Source: Candidatus Dormiibacterota bacterium (GTDB lineage Bacteria > Chloroflexota > Dormibacteria > Aeolococcales > Aeolococcaceae). Taken from it: a stretch of DNA of 64,000 nt. The notes under the pieces were generated by a model. The model was not told the DNA's origin. It was given only the letters and a program-made list of their open reading frames with translations, and searched no databases. Shown one piece after another: positions 16,764 to 27,370 of the stretch (positions are counted from its first letter, which is position 1; each line of letters begins with the position of its first letter). The position numbers were made by a program, and so were the translations under genes. The stretch covers positions 2,816,001 through 2,880,000 of the forward strand of contig OY970355.1 of assembly GCA_963718525.1 (NCBI GenBank). The letters are read 5' to 3'.

Positions 16764-17063
16764 ATGCCCCAGAACGCCGTGATCATCGACGCCGCGACCC
16801 GCTTCCTTCGCAGCAACCCGGAGTTGGTCGACGTCGCCCGGCGCGGCGCGGTTGAAAGCGGTCAGCTGTTCGACGACCTCATCGCCGATGCGATCCGCCG
16901 GATGCGCCGGTCAGGATTCGAAGCGGTAGCGCAGGAAGAGGTGATCGTCGGACCGCCGCACCAACTCGATCGCGATCCGGAGCAGCGCATCCGAAGCGGC
17001 GGCGAACCCGTCGACGATTCCCGGCCGCGGCTGGTCGTGATCGCGTCCGGCGACACGCGGTGA
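16764..17063 (+). CDS. Hypothetical small protein
   Basis: GATGAT-N6-ATG, protein-like first 50 aa; the last 153 bp overlap the convergent gene. Confidence 0.45.
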   Translation: MPQNAVIIDAATRFLRSNPELVDVARRGAVESGQLFDDLIADAIRRMRRSGFEAVAQEEVIVGPPHQLDRDPEQRIRSGGEPVDDSRPRLVVIASGDTR

Positions 17064-17726
17064 GACGGTCAAGAACAGCTCGTGCACCGCGTGATCCGCA
17101 AGCAGGCGGCCGAACAATGACGGTCCGCCTTCGCAGAGCAGCAGCCCTGGCCCAAGCGCCGCCGTCACTGCAGACACCACGCCGGCACCACTGATCCCCT
17201 CCTCGCCCACCTCGATCACGGTGACCCGCGGATGCGCGACTCGAACCCGCGCGGCTCCAGCAGACGACGTGATCACGGCGACGCCAGAGGCGGGATGATC
17301 CAGCGCCACGTGCGCGGGAAGATCGCCACTCCCCGACACAACCACCAGCATCGGCGGCTGCCTCGACCCAGTGCGCTCGAAACGGAACTGCGCGACCACC
17401 GGAGCGTCCTCACCGGCGACGGCGGCCGGCGTCCACTGATGACCGGGCGTGGCACGAAGATTGCCGGCGCCAATGACGACGGCATCGGCGCTCGCTCGCA
17501 GCAGCGCCATCAGGTAGCGATCGGCACGCGAGCTGCCGCTCAGCGTCGTCGAGTTGGTCCCGTCGGTCAGTCCGAGCGAGGCGACGCCGTCGACCGACGC
17601 GACAAAATTGGCAATGACATACGGCCGCGGCGTCGCCGGAAATCGCAGCGGGCCACCATACCCCGCCTCGGCACCGAGCGCCTCGACATCCGTGGCGCCG
17701 CTCAGGACCTGGAAGACCGGCGGCAC
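16911..17726 (-). CDS. RibD C-terminal domain / pyrimidine reductase family protein
   Basis: ANFVASVDG, LRASADAVVIGAG, LCEGGPSLFG, ELFLTVSP, HLFLRYR. Confidence 0.9.
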   Translation of the reverse strand: MPPVFQVLSGATDVEALGAEAGYGGPLRFPATPRPYVIANFVASVDGVASLGLTDGTNSTTLSGSSRADRYLMALLRASADAVVIGAGNLRATPGHQWTPAAVAGEDAPVVAQFRFERTGSRQPPMLVVVSGSGDLPAHVALDHPASGVAVITSSAGAARVRVAHPRVTVIEVGEEGISGAGVVSAVTAALGPGLLLCEGGPSLFGRLLADHAVHELFLTVSPRVAGRDHDQPRPGIVDGFAAASDALLRIAIELVRRSDDHLFLRYRFES

Positions 17727-17736
17727 TGTGAGTCGC

Positions 17737-20356
17737 TCAGGCAGAGATGACCGGGGTGCTACTGAGCACCTCGTCGAGCATGCGCAGGAACCGTTGCACC
17801 TTCACGGGTTTGGTCAAGTATGCGTGAGCACCAGCCGCAAGCAGCTGCTTGCGGCGGTGCTCGGTGGCGTCGGCGCTGCACATCACGACCGGTGTTCCGG
17901 CGGTGCGCGGATCGGCTCGCAGCTGTGCGAGCACCTCATCGCCCTGGATGTCAGGAAGGTGCAGGTCGAGCACGATCAGATCCGGATGATGCTCGCGCGC
18001 GAGCTCAAGGGTGAGGCCGCCCTGCATCGCCGTGAGCAGGTGAATATTCGGACGCATCGAGAACACCTCCTCCATCAATCCGATGGTTGCAAGGTTGTCC
18101 TCGACGTACAGGACCGTCCGCTGCGAGGTGAGCAGTGGGGTCACCACCTGAGGCTTGCGCCGCACCCGCGGCTTGGGCGCCGCGATCGGTGACCGGTTGA
18201 GCCTGATCCAGAACGTGCTGCCCACCCCGTGCTCGCTCTCCACGCCGATCGTTCCGTGCATGCCCTGAACGAGCTTGCGTGTCAACGCGAGTCCCAGGCC
18301 GGTGCCGGGGACCGCGGTTCGCTCAGCCCCAAGTCGCTCGAACGGCTGGAACAGCCGCGCCTTCTCGTCGTCCGTGAAGCCGGGACCGGTATCGCGCACA
18401 GCGAGACGGATGAAGTCACCGTTCGACCCTCGATCGCCCTCACGCGTCGCCTCGACATGGATGTGCGCGTCGGTCCCCGAGTACTTCACAGCGTTTGACA
18501 GCAGGTTCAGCAGCGCCTGCACGAGCCGTTGCCGGTCTGCCAGCACGTAGTCAGCCGCACACGCCCCCAGCGATCTCGTGATCTTGATGTGCCTGCTGAG
18601 CGCCGACGGAGCGACGAGCCGAACGCACTCCTCCACCGTTGCCTCGAGCGCGATCGGGTCGAGCGAGAAGGTCTCGCGACCCGAACTCGATCCGTGCGAT
18701 GTCGAGCACATCGTTGACCAGGCTGAGGAGGTGGCCGCTGGCCTCCTGCACCGCGGCGATCGCCTCGGTCTGGTCCTCGCGTGGTTCGCGCATCTCCAGC
18801 AGATCGCTGTAGCCGAGGATCGCGGTGAGCGGCGTGCGCAGCTCGTGGCTCATGCGCGAGAGGTACTCACTCTTGGCCTGCGACGCTTGTTCCGCCACGT
18901 CGCGTGCCTCGCGCAACTCAGACGCCGCAACCTTGTCGGCTGTGACGTCACGGCCGATCTCGATGACCGCTTCCGGCCAGCCGGCGCTGTCCTTCTGAAG
19001 TGCCCAGCGGACCGCGACGTTGATGCGGGCCCCCGACCTGGTGGTCTGAACGACCTCGCCCTCCCAGCGGCCGACGGCGCGGAGCACTGCCAGGATCGCA
19101 TCGCGGCTTTCGGGCAGCTCGGAATGCAGCAGCTCGCCGGCGTCACGACCGATCGCTTCGTTGCTGCTCCACCCGTACAGCTCCTCGGCCCCCTTGTTCC
19201 AGAAGGTGATCAGCTGCGTGCGCACATTCCAGGTGGTGACGGCGTCGTAGGCGAGGTCGAGGAGTTGCGAACTGCGCCGCATCCGCTCGACGAGCAGGAC
19301 GCGGTCGAGCGCGGGAGCAAGCGCCGTCCCGTACTGGGCCAGGCGCACCGCCTCGTCGTCCCCGAACAGCGGGGTGAGCGGCCCAGACGTGACCGCCATG
19401 ACGCCGCGGCTGAGTTGAGCCTCCAGGACGACCCTAATAACGCCGCGCGAGGTGGTCGGATGCGAGGTGAGTCGGGTTCCACTGGTCGTGGTCATCTCGG
19501 ACACGAGCTTCCAGCCGGCGGCTCGGTCGAGCCCGTGCACCGCCAGCACCTCACCGTCGTCCGTGGCGATCACCGCGCCGTCGGCTCCGACGAGGCGTGC
19601 AGCCCATTCGACCGCCCGCTCCGCCAGCCGCTGGCGGTCGGGAGAGTACAGGACCAGATCGGTGAACGCCTCGCGGAAATGGCCCTCCTCCCGCTGGCGC
19701 CAGAAACCGCGCAGCCAGCGCGGGGGCTCAAAGCCGACATAGAAGAACGGCAAGACAGCGAGACCCGGGAGCGCGATGGTGATTTCGGGACGATCGCGGC
19801 CGAATATGAGATCAGCGCCAGCTGACAGCACCAGGGCGACGATGACCCCCCCGTACGCGAGAGTGATCGAGCGCAGCCGGGCGCGCTGAACACGGGGCAT
19901 TGCCGCCGAGATCCCCCACAGCCTGAAGGCAGGCTCCACCACGCAGCCGAGCCAGGCGACCGCGAAACCCAGGACGATCACATGCTGGGTGGTGGTTTGG
20001 CCGCCGTTGAGGGAAATCCCTGTGAGGCAGACCACAACCATCGTCGCCACCACCACAGCGCTGAGCCCGACACTCACCAGCGCGGGCAAGCGCGTCATCG
20101 CGGCACGAAATCCAAAGAACGCCCAGCCTGAGGCGAGAAAGAGCGTGAGCGACAGGTCGCTGGTCCAGATCTCGCGGTCGCGGGTCAGCATTGTGGCAGC
20201 GAGCGCCACCCCGCACCCGCACAACAGCACGATCGAGAGTGCGAGAAGTGCGCGCGTTCGATCGCGCTGACGCAACCACCCTTCGACGGTGACTGCGCCC
20301 AGGAGGATGCAGGCGCCCCCCAAAGCCCACGACAGCGCTAGGGTCGCAGTGCTCAA
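17737..20356 (-). CDS. Membrane hybrid sensor histidine kinase (multi-TM, GAF-like, PAS, HisKA, HATPase, REC); frameshift at ~18685
   Basis: SRMSHELRTPL, NLLSNAVKY, DTGPG, GTGLGL, receiver LDLHLPD; two ORFs join as DIARIESGRETFSL if one base is removed. Confidence 0.9.
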
Positions 20357-20525
20357 GGCACCTTGCAGTATCAGCCCGAATCCGCGATTTGCCCCGCCTT
20401 CACTGATTTGTCAGATCTGGCACCGCGTTCCACACGGTTCCCAGAACCTCGGGCAGCCGCGAGCAACCGCGCACCGTCGCGCGCCCTGTGCCGATGCGCG
20501 GGCGCACTCTGACACACTGCGCGGC

Positions 20526-21386
20526 GTGTGGACTCGCGGTCTCGCGCGCTGGTACGAGGCGCACGGGCGGCATCACCTCCCTTGGCGCGGAACCAGAGAA
20601 CCGTGGGCAATCCTCGTCAGCGAGGTGATGCTCCAGCAGACACAGGTCGCGCGGGTCGTGCCTCGATGGGAGGCGTTCCTCGCCCGCTGGCCGACGCCGG
20701 ACGCGTGCGCCTCGGCCCCGCTCTCAGCCATCCTCCGTGAATGGCAGGGGCTCGGGTATCCGCGCCGGGCTCGAGCGCTCCATGACACCGCGGGCATCGT
20801 CGCCACCTCCGGGTGGCCGGATACCGAGACAGGGCTCCGATCGCTTCCGGGCGTCGGCCCCTACACCGCTCGGGCGCTCCGGGTCCTCGCCTTCGGAGCC
20901 TCGAGCGTCCCCCCTCAGGACGTGAACATCGCCCGGGTGACTGCCCGGGCAGCACTCGGCATCGAGCCCCACGCGGCGCGCCAACAATCCATCGAGGAGC
21001 GTCTCGCCGCCGGATGGCCCCGGGGTATGAGCCGGCGTGATTTCACCTATGCGCTCTTCGATGCGGGAGCGCTGCACTGCCGGGCGCGGCCGCTCTGCCA
21101 CGGATGCCCGCTCGCCACGACCTGCGCCGCACGGAGCAGCCTCGCCGGCTCGCCACCCCAGCGGAAGCGCCGGTCGCCGCGATACCGCGGCAGCACCCGA
21201 GAGCTCCGCGGTGCGGTCCTGCGCGCGATGCTCGCCGATGCCCCGCCCTCGACGCTCGAGGAGCTGCATGCGCGGACCGGACCTGCGGCCGACGGGCGTT
21301 CGGTCCGCGACATCGCCGTGGTGCTCGGCACCCTCGTCCACGAGGGATTGGTAAGTCCGGGCGCGAGCATCGTTAGGATCAAGTGA
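20526..21386 (+). CDS. mutY: A/G-specific adenine glycosylase (short form, HhH-GPD with 4Fe-4S cluster)
   Basis: LPWR, VSEVMLQQTQV, GLGYPRRA, LPGVGPYTA, DVNIARV, C-x6-C-x2-C-x5-C. Confidence 0.85.
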   Translation: MWTRGLARWYEAHGRHHLPWRGTREPWAILVSEVMLQQTQVARVVPRWEAFLARWPTPDACASAPLSAILREWQGLGYPRRARALHDTAGIVATSGWPDTETGLRSLPGVGPYTARALRVLAFGASSVPPQDVNIARVTARAALGIEPHAARQQSIEERLAAGWPRGMSRRDFTYALFDAGALHCRARPLCHGCPLATTCAARSSLAGSPPQRKRRSPRYRGSTRELRGAVLRAMLADAPPSTLEELHARTGPAADGRSVRDIAVVLGTLVHEGLVSPGASIVRIK

Positions 21387-21387
21387 C

Positions 21388-22389
21388 GTGGCCACCTCCT
21401 CCGCGTATCTCGACACGGTCCGGCGCGAGCTCTGGGCGCGGGAGGTCTTCACGTTCATCCCCGATCGAGACCTGCCGCCTCCGCCCGAGAAGATCACCCC
21501 GGGCGACGGCCCGAGAGTGGCATTCGCCGGGTTCCCATCGGACTACAGCCTCGCGTTCCTGCTCCGGCTGCTCGAGCTCGACTACCAGCCGGTGGGCATC
21601 GTCACCTCGCCGGGGGCGCATCCGGCGATCCTCGGCGACAACGCGCTGAGCCGGATCGCCGATCATCTCGGCATCCCGCTGATCCGGGCGTGGCGCATCA
21701 ATGACGAGCATTCGCGATTCGAGCTGGAAGAGCTCGGCCTCGATGCGGTGGTGATGGCGAGCTTCGACCAGATCGTGGGACCGAGGGCGCTCGCAATCCC
21801 CAAGCACGGCTGGCTCAACGTGCATCCGAGCCTGCTTCCCGCGTACCGCGGTCCCGAGCCGGTGTACTGGGCCATCGCCGACGGGGTGCCGGTCACGGGT
21901 ATCTCCATGCATAAGGCCGCGCCGAAGGTCGATTCGGGGCCGATCCTTGCCCAGGCGAGGGTTCCGATCCTCCCCACCGACACGGCAGGGACCCTCACCC
22001 GGCGGCTGGCAGCAGCGGGGATGCCGCTGCTGCCTGAGGCGGTCGACCGCCTGCTCACCGATGCGCCAGGGATCGACGTCGACATGACGGCGTCGTCGTA
22101 CCGCACCTCGATCGGTCACCGGTCCCTCGACGAGGCGGCGTCCGCGGAGGAGGCTGAGCGAATGGTCCGAGCCGGAGCACCCAACATGCTCCCGTGGGTG
22201 ATGCGCGACGGCCGGGCCGTGTACGTCAAGTCCGCCCGGGTTGCGAACGGCACCTCACCCGATGGCGTGGCGGTCTTGCACTACCCGGCCGGAGACCTGC
22301 TGCTGCTCGAGACCATGGACACATGCGGCTGTCACCACAACACCAATGACTGTGCGCACCGGCGGTCGCAGGCGGTGACGGGTCGATGA
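21388..22389 (+). CDS. Formyltransferase family protein (Fmt-like)
   Basis: NVHPSLLPAYRGPEP, TGISMH, VDSGPI; atypical N-terminal extension and Cys/His tail. Confidence 0.85.
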   Translation: MATSSAYLDTVRRELWAREVFTFIPDRDLPPPPEKITPGDGPRVAFAGFPSDYSLAFLLRLLELDYQPVGIVTSPGAHPAILGDNALSRIADHLGIPLIRAWRINDEHSRFELEELGLDAVVMASFDQIVGPRALAIPKHGWLNVHPSLLPAYRGPEPVYWAIADGVPVTGISMHKAAPKVDSGPILAQARVPILPTDTAGTLTRRLAAAGMPLLPEAVDRLLTDAPGIDVDMTASSYRTSIGHRSLDEAASAEEAERMVRAGAPNMLPWVMRDGRAVYVKSARVANGTSPDGVAVLHYPAGDLLLLETMDTCGCHHNTNDCAHRRSQAVTGR

Positions 22390-22445
22390 AAGGTGTGCGC
22401 TGACACGCCATACGCGTCGAGGATGGCGGTTATGATCCAGCCGCG

Positions 22446-22892
22446 ATGGTCGAAAACGGTGTTCCTTCTGTGCTCGTCGTTGAGGACGACGACGCCGTCA
22501 GGGGATTCCTGACCTACGCCCTGGAAAGCGGTGGGCACGCAGCACTCGGCGTGCGTACCGGCGAAGAGGCCATTGCGGCGCTCCGCGAAGCCCCGATCGG
22601 GGTGATTCTCATCGACGGGATTCTCCCCGACATGCACGGTATTCGCCTGGCGCGCGCCATCCTCGACGACGCGGCCCTCGAGGACGTCGCGATCACCTTC
22701 GTCACCGGCGCCATCCGCGATGGCCGTTCCCCCGTTGCCGGCATCGGCGCCCTCAGTAAGCCACTCCGAGCGCGCGACCTCAACGAGGCCGTCGACGTGC
22801 TGCTGCGCTGGCGGGCAGCGGGCGGCAGCCCGATCGCAGATCGCAGGTCCGCACTCGCGCTGCTCGAGCACATCTTCCTGGTCGGGGCGTGA
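22446..22892 (+). CDS. Single-domain response regulator
   Basis: VLVVEDD, ILIDGILPDMHG, FVTG, SKP. Confidence 0.9.
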   Translation: MVENGVPSVLVVEDDDAVRGFLTYALESGGHAALGVRTGEEAIAALREAPIGVILIDGILPDMHGIRLARAILDDAALEDVAITFVTGAIRDGRSPVAGIGALSKPLRARDLNEAVDVLLRWRAAGGSPIADRRSALALLEHIFLVGA

Positions 22893-22926
22893 CCGCCGGT
22901 GTCGCGCGCGTGCGACCATCGCGACG

Positions 22927-23340
22927 ATGACTGAGCCTCGCACCCTCTCGCTCCTGCCCTGGCAGGTGACGCTCGACGAATTCAAGGAGAAGGCTGCTCA
23001 GGGCGCCTCCGACGCGGCATGTTGCGCGTTCGTGGTGGATCCATCGATTCCGCAGGCCGCGCGGGGCGGCTATGCCTCGCTTGTGATGGCGTATTCCCGT
23101 GCCGATGAGCCGGTGTGCGTGCTCGACGACGGCGCCGCGCTTGTCCTTGTTCTCGAGGGTGGCCTCGCCTCAGGCAAGGCCCTCGCCGAACGGGTGCTGG
23201 CGCAGATGCGACGCCTGGCCCTCGACATGACGCTCACCGCCGGGGTTGCATTGATCGGCGACGACCCGGCCAGCGCGGTGACCGCGGCGCGAGATTCCGC
23301 GACGTCCGTCGCGCCGGGAAAGGTCGGCTCTCAGGACTGA
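22927..23340 (+). CDS. Hypothetical protein, possibly degenerate GGDEF fold
   Basis: SRADEPVCVLDDGAALVLV...ALAERV...TLTAGVA resembles the GGDEF layout without the GGDEF motif. Confidence 0.55.
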   Translation: MTEPRTLSLLPWQVTLDEFKEKAAQGASDAACCAFVVDPSIPQAARGGYASLVMAYSRADEPVCVLDDGAALVLVLEGGLASGKALAERVLAQMRRLALDMTLTAGVALIGDDPASAVTAARDSATSVAPGKVGSQD

Positions 23341-25187
23341 CGCCGGACACGGTCAGGTCCGCTCAGACCTGCGGCAATGCGCCGCGGAAGCGGATCGCGT
23401 CGCAATTGCTCGAGGGTTCGCGGCAGCGGGATCGACCAGTTGGGCCGTGCCAGGTCGCCCGGAAGATTGGGACGGCGTTCCGCCAGCCCGGCGTCCTCGA
23501 GCGTGGCGACGACCAGTCGGCTCGGGGCGCGACCGAGGGCGGCGTAGGCGCGCTCCACGACCATTGACGGAGGGGCGTCGTCGCTCACGCCAGCGAGGCG
23601 CTTGAGTTTGCGACGCACGCCGAGCTCGGCGCGACGGCTCACCGGTCGGCCCGTGGCTTCTATCTCGGCGAGATCCGCCCCGGTCCAGACACCGGCCGCG
23701 GTCGGCAGGTCGTGGGTCGTCAGGGCGGCCAGAGCCTGCTCCGGGTACTTCTCCGGCGGCCTCGCCTCGAACCACGCCAGCCGGTAGGAGAGCAGGCCGC
23801 GGCGTCGCAACTCCGAGCGGACGCCGGATTCAACCGTGCCGAGGTCTTCGCCGACAACTCCGCAGCCAGCACGGATGCTCTCCAGCGCGAGGATGTCGAG
23901 CAACTCGCCCGCCGGATACCGCACATAGGCCCCGGCTCCTGGGCTGCCTGCGCCGAGCGGCACCCACCACAGGCGGAACAACCCCATCACGTGGTCGATG
24001 CGCAGCGCGATGCCGGCCGCCATCATCCGCCGCATCGTCGCGATCAGCGGCGCGTAGCCGGCTGCTCGCAGGCGACCCGGGTCGAACGGAGGAACTCCCC
24101 AATCCTGCCCGGCGGGATTGAAGTCGTCGGGCGGCGCGCCGATCCGGGCCTCGGAAGCGACGACGTCCTGCCACAGCCACGCATCGGCGCCATCCGGGGC
24201 GAAGCCGACGGCCAGGTCGTGGACCAGCGGCAGTGCCGCGCCGGCCCGCGCGAGCTGCGCGTCGAGCAGCCACTGGAGCCAGCGGTGAAAATCAACCCGG
24301 GAGCGCTCACGCGTGACGAGCTCGCCCAAAGCGCGTCCGTCAGGGCGTCGATACCGCGCGGGCCATGTCGTCCACGAGCCGGCGTGACGCTCGGCGAGCA
24401 CGCAGAAGCAGGCGTAGCGCTCGAGCAGCGATCCCTCGCGGGCAACGTAGGCATCGAAGCCGGCGTCGCCCCGGAAGCGCGACCACAGCGATTCGAGTGC
24501 CCGCAGCTTCAGCGGGACGATCGCGTTGCGATCGATGATCGGCGCGTCCCGCAGGTGCTCGGTATCCCGCATCACCTCCTGAACCACGTGATCGTCGCGC
24601 GAATCCGGGATGTCCTGAATCCGAAGGTACAACGGGTTGCGGTAGAGGCGGCTCGACGGGAAGTACGGGCTCGATTCCTGGGGCAACCCGGGCCGCACGG
24701 CGTGCAGCGGGTTGACCAGGAGCATCGCCGCCCCGAGCTTCCGAGACCACGTCCCGAGCGCGCGAAGGTCGCCGAGATCGCCGACCCCCCACCCCTGACG
24801 GGAGCGCACGGCGTACAGCTGCGCCGCCCAGCCCCACCCCCGGAGCGCGTCGGGAAGTGCGCACCGTCCTGGACTCGTCACCATCGCGAGGCGACGCCCA
24901 TCCCGCATGACCAGACGGTGATATCCATACGGGGCCTCGCGGGCGAGCACAGCGCCGCCGGGCAGCTCACCGCCGCCCTCAAGCTCGACGGTGCGCACGC
25001 CCTTCGGCAGCGGCGCGCCCGGCCGAACGAACGCGGGGGCCGTGTCGAGACCCTCGACCGGACGGATGCAGCCCTCCACCGCCCGCAACCGCTCGGCGCT
25101 GACCCTGCGGCGGGCGCCTGTCGCATCCACGTACTCTCTCTGGACTCCCCACGCGGGCTGGCCCCCTCTCCGAATGGCGCCGGTCAC
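23331..25187 (-). CDS. malQ: 4-alpha-glucanotransferase (GH77)
   Basis: QLYAVRS, NPLHA, SPYFPSSR, HDLAVG, GAPPD, RIDHVMG, GEDLG, THDLPT. Confidence 0.95.
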   Translation of the reverse strand: MTGAIRRGGQPAWGVQREYVDATGARRRVSAERLRAVEGCIRPVEGLDTAPAFVRPGAPLPKGVRTVELEGGGELPGGAVLAREAPYGYHRLVMRDGRRLAMVTSPGRCALPDALRGWGWAAQLYAVRSRQGWGVGDLGDLRALGTWSRKLGAAMLLVNPLHAVRPGLPQESSPYFPSSRLYRNPLYLRIQDIPDSRDDHVVQEVMRDTEHLRDAPIIDRNAIVPLKLRALESLWSRFRGDAGFDAYVAREGSLLERYACFCVLAERHAGSWTTWPARYRRPDGRALGELVTRERSRVDFHRWLQWLLDAQLARAGAALPLVHDLAVGFAPDGADAWLWQDVVASEARIGAPPDDFNPAGQDWGVPPFDPGRLRAAGYAPLIATMRRMMAAGIALRIDHVMGLFRLWWVPLGAGSPGAGAYVRYPAGELLDILALESIRAGCGVVGEDLGTVESGVRSELRRRGLLSYRLAWFEARPPEKYPEQALAALTTHDLPTAAGVWTGADLAEIEATGRPVSRRAELGVRRKLKRLAGVSDDAPPSMVVERAYAALGRAPSRLVVATLEDAGLAERRPNLPGDLARPNWSIPLPRTLEQLRRDPLPRRIAAGLSGPDRVRRQS

Positions 25188-25222
25188 GTCGGGAACCCGA
25201 GATCAGCGACCTGAGTGGAGCC

Positions 25223-27367
25223 ATGACTGTTCCAGAGCCCTCCGCCGCCGGACGCGCGCCCGACAGCCGGGCCGCGTGGCCGGGTACCGACGCGCCACTC
25301 GGCGCGACCTGGGACGGATCCGGCACCAATTTCGCGATCTTCTCGGAGAGCGCCGAGGCTGTCGACCTGGTGCTGTTCGACGAGCGTGGGGCGGAGCTGG
25401 CGACACACCCGCTCGTCGAGCGTACCGACCTTGTCTGGCACGGTTACATCGCCAACATCGGCCCCGGCCAGCGCTACGGCTATCGCGTCCACGGTCGCTA
25501 CGCGCCGCACGAAGGGCTCCGGCACAACCCGGCAAAGCTGCTGCTCGATCCATACGCTCGCGCCATCGCGGGGCGATTCCGCCATGGACGCTCGCTCTTC
25601 GGATACCGGCTCGGCAGTGACGACCTGCGCATCAGCGGTCTCGACTCCGCGCCGGCGATGCCACGTTGCGTCATCGTCGATCAGTCCTTTCCGTGGGGCG
25701 ATGACCGCCGTCCGAACACGCCATGGTCGGACACGATCATCTACGAGTTGCACGTCAAGGGATTCACCAAACGCCACCCGGACATCCCTGAAATCCTCCG
25801 CGGCACCTACGCGGGCCTCGCCCATCCCGCGGCGATCGAGCATCTCACGGGTCTCGGTGTCACCGCGGTTGAGTTGATGCCAGTGCATCACATCTTTGAC
25901 TCGGCGCAGCTCGTGGAACGCGACCTCGTCAACTACTGGGGCTACGACTTGATCGGCTACTTCGCGCCCGAGGGGCGCTACTCGTCGTCGGGGACCAACG
26001 GGGAACAGGTTCGGGAATTCAAGGCGATGGTGCGCGCCCTGCATGCCGCGGGTCTCGAGGTCATTCTCGACGTGGTGTACAACCACACCGGCGAGGGGAA
26101 TCATCTGGGGCCGACGTTGAGCTTTCGCGGCATCGACAACGCGTCGTACTACCGGCTCAACGACGACGACCCTCGCTTTTATTTCGATGTCACCGGGACC
26201 GGGAACAGCCTCAACGTCCGCAACCCCCACACCCTGCAGCTCATCATGGACAGCCTTCGGTACTGGGTCATCGAGATGCACGTGGATGGGTTCCGCTTCG
26301 ATCTCGCCTCCGCGCTGGCACGCCAGTTCTACGACGTCGACCGTCTCTCGGCATTCTTCGACATCATCCATCAGGATCCGGTCCTGTCGCGCGTCAAGCT
26401 CGTTGCCGAGCCGTGGGACGTTGGTGCCGGTGGCTACCAGGTCGGCAACTTTCCAGTGCGCTGGGCGGAATGGAATGGCGCATTCCGCGACACCGTGCGC
26501 GATTTCTGGCGCGGCGCCACCGGAATCCGTGACCTGGCGTACCGCCTCACGGGGTCAAGCGACCTGTACCAGGGTGATGGCCGGCAACCGTCAGCCAGCG
26601 TCAACTTTGTCACCGCACATGACGGCTTCACGCTCACCGACCTGGTCTCATACGACCACAAACACAATCTGGCGAACGGCGAGAACAACCAGGACGGCAA
26701 TGACGACAACCGCTCCTGGAACTGCGGCGTCGAGGGTGACTCCGACGACCCAGCGATTCTCGAGCTGCGAGCGCGCCAGCGTCGCAACCTCATCGCAACG
26801 GTCCTGCTGTCCGAGGGATGCCCGATGCTTCTCGGCGGCGACGAGATGGGGCGCACCCAGCGCGGCAACAACAACGCCTATTGCCAGGACAACGACGTGT
26901 CCTGGATCGACTGGGAGCACATCGACGAGCCCATGCTCGCGTTTGTCGCGAGGATCGTCGCGCTGCGTCGCAGCGATCCCGTGTTGCGCAGGCGAAACTT
27001 CTTCTCCGGTCAGGCCGTGCACGGATCCGGTCGCAAGGACATCGCGTGGTTCCTGCCGTCCGGACGCGAGGTCGGCGACAGTGAGTGGTTCGATGATGGG
27101 CAGCGATCGCTCGGGATGATCCTCAACGGCGACGAGATTCCAGACCGCGATCCTCGCGGCCGGCGCATTCGTGGCGGCACGCTCATGGTGTTGCTCCACG
27201 CGGGCGACGCACCGGTGCCGTGGGTCATCCCGAGTGGGTGGGGAGACCTGTGGTCGGTCTTTGCCGACACCGCCGAACGCGACATCACACCGTCGACGCG
27301 CCACCATCATGCCGGTGAGGAGATGACCGTGGCAGGACGCTCGCTGGTCGCGCTGCTGCGGGTCTGA
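25223..27367 (+). CDS. glgX: Glycogen debranching enzyme (isoamylase, GH13)
   Basis: PLGATWDG, IYELHVKG, NYWGY, DVVYNHT, DGFRFDLA, AEPWD, NFVTAHDGF, NNNAYCQD. Confidence 0.97.
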   Translation: MTVPEPSAAGRAPDSRAAWPGTDAPLGATWDGSGTNFAIFSESAEAVDLVLFDERGAELATHPLVERTDLVWHGYIANIGPGQRYGYRVHGRYAPHEGLRHNPAKLLLDPYARAIAGRFRHGRSLFGYRLGSDDLRISGLDSAPAMPRCVIVDQSFPWGDDRRPNTPWSDTIIYELHVKGFTKRHPDIPEILRGTYAGLAHPAAIEHLTGLGVTAVELMPVHHIFDSAQLVERDLVNYWGYDLIGYFAPEGRYSSSGTNGEQVREFKAMVRALHAAGLEVILDVVYNHTGEGNHLGPTLSFRGIDNASYYRLNDDDPRFYFDVTGTGNSLNVRNPHTLQLIMDSLRYWVIEMHVDGFRFDLASALARQFYDVDRLSAFFDIIHQDPVLSRVKLVAEPWDVGAGGYQVGNFPVRWAEWNGAFRDTVRDFWRGATGIRDLAYRLTGSSDLYQGDGRQPSASVNFVTAHDGFTLTDLVSYDHKHNLANGENNQDGNDDNRSWNCGVEGDSDDPAILELRARQRRNLIATVLLSEGCPMLLGGDEMGRTQRGNNNAYCQDNDVSWIDWEHIDEPMLAFVARIVALRRSDPVLRRRNFFSGQAVHGSGRKDIAWFLPSGREVGDSEWFDDGQRSLGMILNGDEIPDRDPRGRRIRGGTLMVLLHAGDAPVPWVIPSGWGDLWSVFADTAERDITPSTRHHHAGEEMTVAGRSLVALLRV

Positions 27368-27370
27368 CGG

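Noticed and set aside
18680-18690. Programmed ribosomal frameshifting in the kinase, helicase or binding protein
   Set aside because: No slippery heptamer or stimulatory structure, and the shared motif occurs on either strand relative to the gene, which favours a DNA-level sequencing artefact
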